Assembly (NCBI GenBank): GCA_944392585.1
Contig: CALXXA010000025.1
Span: 25,701-89,700 of the forward strand
Reading direction: 5' to 3'
DNA length: 64,000 nucleotides
Source of the DNA: an uncultured Alphaproteobacteria bacterium
GTDB taxonomy: Bacteria; Pseudomonadota; Alphaproteobacteria; CAAHEQ01; UBA3637
This document shows positions 59,952-64,000 of this stretch, piece by piece. Every line of letters starts with the position of its first letter. The first letter of the stretch is position 1. The notes below the pieces were generated by a model. That model did not search any database. It worked only from the letters and a program-made list of their open reading frames with translations, and had not been told where the DNA came from. Both the position numbers and the translations under genes were made by a program.

Positions 59952-60929
59952 TTAAATAAGTGCTTTTAAATGATCTTCAACCTTCTGATATGTTTGGAAG
60001 ACATAATCAGCCAACGCAGGTAATAAAGGCTCCTGATCTATAAAATCATTATAGTGTTTTGGATGAACATGGAGGTCTTCAATGATGTTTAAGACTTTTG
60101 AATTATCTGCTCCTTGTTGCCAAAACAAAACAGCATCCTGATTAACTAATCCGAGTTCTATTTGATTATCAGAGCCCCAATAGACTGGAATGGCACGAGC
60201 TTTAAAAGCTTCAAAAACTTTTTCAGTAACATATCCGAAACAGTTGCTATTTTCCGGACAAACTGAGAATTGAAATTGTTTTAAATAAGAAACCTTTTGA
60301 TTATTAAAAATCTCCCACAATCTATCATCATTATGATAGAAAGTTCCGGCACAGGAAACGGAATCGATTTTATTCAAAGCATCTAATAACTCCTTTCGTA
60401 ACCCTGTATCGCCTTCATGCCGAGCGATTAAGCTCGCAAAATCTGTTTTTTTATAGCGCGCTTGATTGATTTCTGTTACTTTCTGATGTAATTGCTCTAA
60501 GTTTTCAGTCCCATCAAATAAATACATAATCCACAAAGGGAACCGAATATATTTAGGATGATCTAAAAAATCAAACCCCATTGACAAGACGGTATATGGC
60601 AAAGCATAATCTGCATAAACAGGGAATCGTTTAATATTTTCGCCTGTATAAAAAATCTTTTTCTCATGACGGTTAAACCAAAAAGTTCTTCGCTTTCCAA
60701 AGATGGAGACAAAGCTGAATTGTTGAGCTTCCTTCAAAGACAACCTTGATGTAATAAAGCGCGCAAACCATGCATCTGCTTCTGTATGTCCCCACCAATT
60801 ATAATGTTTTATTCCTTTTAAAGGAATCCCTAAGTAAGTACTTTTGAACCGTTTTATTTTTCTGATTAAAGCCATGCCTATTCTCACTAACTCGAGTAAG
60901 AGTATATAAAAAAAACTGGATTTAATCAA
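59952..60929 (-). CDS. GT10 family alpha-1,3-fucosyltransferase-like protein.
   Basis: YLKQFQFSVCPENSNCFGYVTEKVFEAFKARAIPVYWGS matches the GT10 signature (F.FENS...Y.TEK...A.....PV..G). Confidence 0.6.
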   Translation of the reverse strand: MIKSSFFYILLLELVRIGMALIRKIKRFKSTYLGIPLKGIKHYNWWGHTEADAWFARFITSRLSLKEAQQFSFVSIFGKRRTFWFNRHEKKIFYTGENIKRFPVYADYALPYTVLSMGFDFLDHPKYIRFPLWIMYLFDGTENLEQLHQKVTEINQARYKKTDFASLIARHEGDTGLRKELLDALNKIDSVSCAGTFYHNDDRLWEIFNNQKVSYLKQFQFSVCPENSNCFGYVTEKVFEAFKARAIPVYWGSDNQIELGLVNQDAVLFWQQGADNSKVLNIIEDLHVHPKHYNDFIDQEPLLPALADYVFQTYQKVEDHLKALI

Positions 60930-60965
60930 TAGAATTAGAGTAAACTCTTTTAAAAGGAGAAATAA

Positions 60966-62114
60966 ATGACTTATTTATTTACATCGGAATCCGTATCTGA
61001 AGGACATCCAGATAAAGTTTGCGATCAAATATCTGACGCTTTATTAGACCTAATGCTTTCAAAAGATGAACAAGCGCGATCTGCTATTGAAACAATGGCG
61101 ACGACAAACCGAGTCATTCTTTCTGGAGAAATTCGTTTAAGAAATAACATACCGTTTCAAGAAATAGACCAGACCATTCGCCATGTTATTAAAAACATAG
61201 GATATGAACAAGGAGAGTTTAATTGGAAAGACATTCAAATTGAAAATTATCTTCACGAACAAAGTGCTGATATTGCCTTAGGCGTTGACAGAAACGGAGC
61301 CGGAGATCAAGGAATTATGTTTGGATATGCGACGAATGAATGCGATGCTGCGGATTTTATGCCGGCTCCGATTTTTTACGCGCATCAGATTTTAAAGAAC
61401 TTATCTCGAAAAAGACATAGCGGGATCTATAAAGGATTGGGCCCGGACGCAAAGAGTCAAGTCACTTTTTTATATAAAGATAATAAGCCCGTTTCCATAG
61501 ACAATATCGTTGTCTCGACACAACACCATCCTGATATAACCAACTCCTTTTTATCCGAAATGGTCATCAAAACAATACAAGAAGTTATTCCTAAAAACCT
61601 TCTGTGTCCTATTGACAAGATCTATATCAACCCGACAGGTCGTTTTATTATCGGTGGTCCAGCCGGAGACACAGGATTAACGGGGCGGAAAATTATTGTC
61701 GACACTTACGGTGGAGCAGCGCCTCACGGAGGAGGTGCTTTTTCAGGGAAAGACGCCACAAAGGTCGATAGAACGGCTGCTTATATGGCTCGTTATATTG
61801 CTAAAAACATTGTTGCTGCGAAAATCGCGGATAAATGTCTTATTCAATTATCTTATGCCATAGGAATGACTTATCCTCTTTCCATATATATCAACACATT
61901 TGGGACAAGTAAAATTTCAAATTTCCAATTAACTGATTTCATAAAAAAAGAAATAGATTTAACTCCCAAAGGAATGCGAGAGAAATTAAGTCTTAATAAA
62001 CCTTTTTTCCTACAAACGGCTGTTTACGGTCATTTTGGGAGAAAACCTGAAGAAAACGGTTGTTTTTCATGGGAAAAAACAGACTTAACGTCTTTGTTTC
62101 AAAAATTATCTTAA
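60966..62114 (+). CDS. metK: S-adenosylmethionine synthetase.
   Basis: 382 aa with ESVSEGHPDKVCDQISDA, GAGDQG and GGGAFSGKD motifs. Confidence 0.95.
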   Translation: MTYLFTSESVSEGHPDKVCDQISDALLDLMLSKDEQARSAIETMATTNRVILSGEIRLRNNIPFQEIDQTIRHVIKNIGYEQGEFNWKDIQIENYLHEQSADIALGVDRNGAGDQGIMFGYATNECDAADFMPAPIFYAHQILKNLSRKRHSGIYKGLGPDAKSQVTFLYKDNKPVSIDNIVVSTQHHPDITNSFLSEMVIKTIQEVIPKNLLCPIDKIYINPTGRFIIGGPAGDTGLTGRKIIVDTYGGAAPHGGGAFSGKDATKVDRTAAYMARYIAKNIVAAKIADKCLIQLSYAIGMTYPLSIYINTFGTSKISNFQLTDFIKKEIDLTPKGMREKLSLNKPFFLQTAVYGHFGRKPEENGCFSWEKTDLTSLFQKLS

Positions 62115-62116
62115 CG

Positions 62117-62146
62117 AAAAAAGCGAGTAAAAACTCGCTTTTCTTT
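62117..62146. terminator. Bidirectional rho-independent terminator between the convergent genes metK and the small Cys-rich ORF.
   Basis: Stem aagcgagt (62121..62128) pairs with actcgctt (62133..62140). The loop is aaaa. A-rich sequence lies on the left and T-rich on the right. Confidence 0.5.
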
Positions 62147-62408
62147 AATTTTCCTGTTCTTTCTGCATACATTTTTCTATTTTTGATATTTTTGCCTTGC
62201 AAACCTCTGACAGCTCTGGTTGTTCATGAGTATCCGCCCATTCTTTAAGCTCATGTAAGACTGCTGATTTCTGGACGCTCAAACTATGAAGGATATCATG
62301 TAAGTGATCCGGCATCAACTCCCAGGTTTCCTCTAAAAGCTGATGAAAATTCTTTTTCCCCTCACTTGAACAATCACAGGGACGGCATTCGCATTTAGAT
62401 TTATTCAT
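62145..62408 (-). CDS. Hypothetical small Cys-rich protein (87 aa, N-terminal CECRPCDC).
   Basis: ORF runs from just past the terminator hairpin up towards the dnaB gene. Possible metal-binding N-terminus. I recognise no family. Confidence 0.4.
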   Translation of the reverse strand: MNKSKCECRPCDCSSEGKKNFHQLLEETWELMPDHLHDILHSLSVQKSAVLHELKEWADTHEQPELSEVCKAKISKIEKCMQKEQEN

Positions 62409-62559
62409 GTTTATCTCCTTTTAAAAAATAAAGTCTCTTAACTAAGATAGACTTTTAAAAATATTCTGCAATAAGACAAAAGAATAGGCAGTCAAAATTT
62501 TCATGGACTTTTAAAACATTCCGGATTAGATTAAAAAAAAGTTAATAAAGGATAAAAAA

Positions 62560-64000
62560 ATGACGACACCAGATCAGTTACGCATTCCTCCTCAGAGTTT
62601 AGAGGCAGAACAAGCTTTAATTGGAGCAATCCTAACAAACAATCGCGCGATGGAAAAAGTTATTGAGTTTTTAAAACCTGAACATTTTGCGAATACAGCT
62701 CATAGAAAAATATTCGCTGCCTGTCAAACTCTTTTGGGAAAAGGCCGTTTAGCGGATCCTATAACTTTAAAAGAATATTTTTCTAATGATGGGAATCTAG
62801 AAGAAGTTGGAGGACAAGATTATATATTTAAACTAGCGAATGCTTCAACAACTATTATAAATGCAGGAGATTACGGACGGCAGATTTTTGACAGATATTT
62901 ACGTAGGCAGCTCATAAGCCTTGGGACAGAAATAGTCAATGACGCTTTTGAAATCAACCTTGAAAAAGATAGTTCGCAACAAATAGAAAATGCGGAAAAA
63001 ATGCTTTATGAACTAGCGAATGAAGGGGAACTTGAAAAAGGACCGGCTCCATTTTCTATTGGATTAAAACAAGCAGTCGAAAGTGCTGAAAAAGCGATGA
63101 GGAATCCTAGAGGAATATCCGGAATATCAACAGGACTGCTTGATATAGATAAATTAATGGGAGGACTTCATAACTCAGATTTATTAATTTTAGCTGGTCG
63201 TCCAGGGATGGGGAAAACGGCTCTTGCTACGTGCATAGGTTTCAATGTAGCTCGAAAAATGCAGGCAGAGAATAAAAAATCTGATACGAAACAAGGAGTG
63301 GCCTTTTTTTCATTGGAAATGTCTTCGGAACAATTAGCATCAAGAATTCTTTCGACTTACACGCATATAGAAGGACAACTTATGAGAACCGGAAAGTTAA
63401 CCGGAGAACAATTTGATGAAATAGCCGGAGCTTTGAGCATGCTCACAACGCTTCCTTTATATATTGATGACACTCCCGGAATTACTGTTAACACGATAAA
63501 AAACAGAGCCCGTCGCCTAAAAAGAGACAAAGAAAAAGGATTAGGTCTAATAATCATAGACTATTTACAATTAATTACCGGAACATCACACACAGAGAAT
63601 CGAGTCCAAGAATTATCCGAAATCACACGCGCTTTAAAAATTATGGCGAAAGAATTAGATGTCCCGGTGTTAGTCTTATCTCAATTATCTCGATTAGTGG
63701 AACAACGCGATAACAAACGACCTCAACTATCTGATTTAAGAGAGTCCGGTTCCATAGAACAAGATGCCGATATTGTTATGTTTGTTTACAGAGAGTCTTA
63801 TTATTTAAAAAACGAAGAACCGATACAACGCCCGAAAGAGACGCAAGAAGCTTTTCAAAAACGTATTCTTGAGTGGGAACAAAAGAAAATTGATTTGGAA
63901 AAGCAAGCTCAAGTTCTTATATCTAAACAACGGCATGGACCGACAGGAAACATTGATCTTTTTTATGACGGAAGATATACAGAGTTTGGAAATTTAGAAA
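62560..64000 (+). CDS. dnaB: Replicative DNA helicase DnaB (3' end truncated by window).
   Basis: ATG at 62560. Has an N-terminal SLEAEQALIGAIL motif, Walker A GRPGMGKTA and RecA-like C-domain motifs. It is open to the window end, which is why it is absent from the ORF track. Confidence 0.9.
   Translation, partial: MTTPDQLRIPPQSLEAEQALIGAILTNNRAMEKVIEFLKPEHFANTAHRKIFAACQTLLGKGRLADPITLKEYFSNDGNLEEVGGQDYIFKLANASTTIINAGDYGRQIFDRYLRRQLISLGTEIVNDAFEINLEKDSSQQIENAEKMLYELANEGELEKGPAPFSIGLKQAVESAEKAMRNPRGISGISTGLLDIDKLMGGLHNSDLLILAGRPGMGKTALATCIGFNVARKMQAENKKSDTKQGVAFFSLEMSSEQLASRILSTYTHIEGQLMRTGKLTGEQFDEIAGALSMLTTLPLYIDDTPGITVNTIKNRARRLKRDKEKGLGLIIIDYLQLITGTSHTENRVQELSEITRALKIMAKELDVPVLVLSQLSRLVEQRDNKRPQLSDLRESGSIEQDADIVMFVYRESYYLKNEEPIQRPKETQEAFQKRILEWEQKKIDLEKQAQVLISKQRHGPTGNIDLFYDGRYTEFGNLE

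Noticed and set aside
1-64000. Search for tRNA, rRNA, CRISPR arrays, IS elements or prophage
   Set aside because: No intergenic region exceeds about 210 bp. I saw no tRNA-like T-arm (GTTCGAATC-type) sequences, no spaced direct-repeat arrays, and no transposase- or phage-like ORFs. The window appears to be pure core chromosome plus the novel secreted-protein operon.

Overview
Reading both strands of this 64 kb window gives a dense, gene-packed chromosomal segment from a low-GC alphaproteobacterium. The gene order is that of a reduced Hyphomicrobiales (Rhizobiales) genome of the Liberibacter or Bartonella type; this placement is inference from gene content and synteny, not from a search. About 60 genes, mostly on the minus strand, make up conserved housekeeping blocks: folD-yggU-yggT-rsmA-surA-lptD-lptG, xerD, aroK-corC, cdnL-fdxA, htpG, divK, udg, smpB, a bactofilin with an M23 peptidase, pepP-prmA, rpsB-tsf-pyrH-frr-uppS-cdsA-rseP-bamA-lpxD-fabZ-lpxA-lpxI-lpxB-gst, dnaE-lolD-lolE-uvrD, tcdA-tatD, trkH, asmA, an LPS glycosyltransferase cluster, metK and dnaB. 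I saw no rRNA, tRNA, CRISPR array or insertion sequence. The most unusual element is at the left edge (1..4320). It is a tightly packed co-directional operon of at least five genes, continuing off the window. The genes encode signal-peptide-bearing, helix-rich and low-complexity proteins of no family I recognise. Four of them share a short [Y/T/W]-G-N motif. Two have an xPVxD motif right after the signal peptide, which is reminiscent of VirB5/TrbJ-type minor pilins. One carries 2.5 copies of an 87-bp in-frame tandem repeat. Other points worth a second look are: lptG and lptD form one 1074-codon ORF with no stop between them. An HEXXH metallopeptidase-like gene is split by a -1 frameshift at an A7 tract, which makes it a candidate phase-variable gene or pseudogene. 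A GT10 alpha-1,3-fucosyltransferase-like gene sits in the LPS cluster. A bactofilin-M23 peptidase module is present. There is a sigma-32-like promoter upstream of htpG. Several expected genes are absent (pdxA, skp, lptF, pleD), which fits genome reduction. The ORF track accepts TTG/GTG starts and reports them as M, so several N-termini are probably over-extended.
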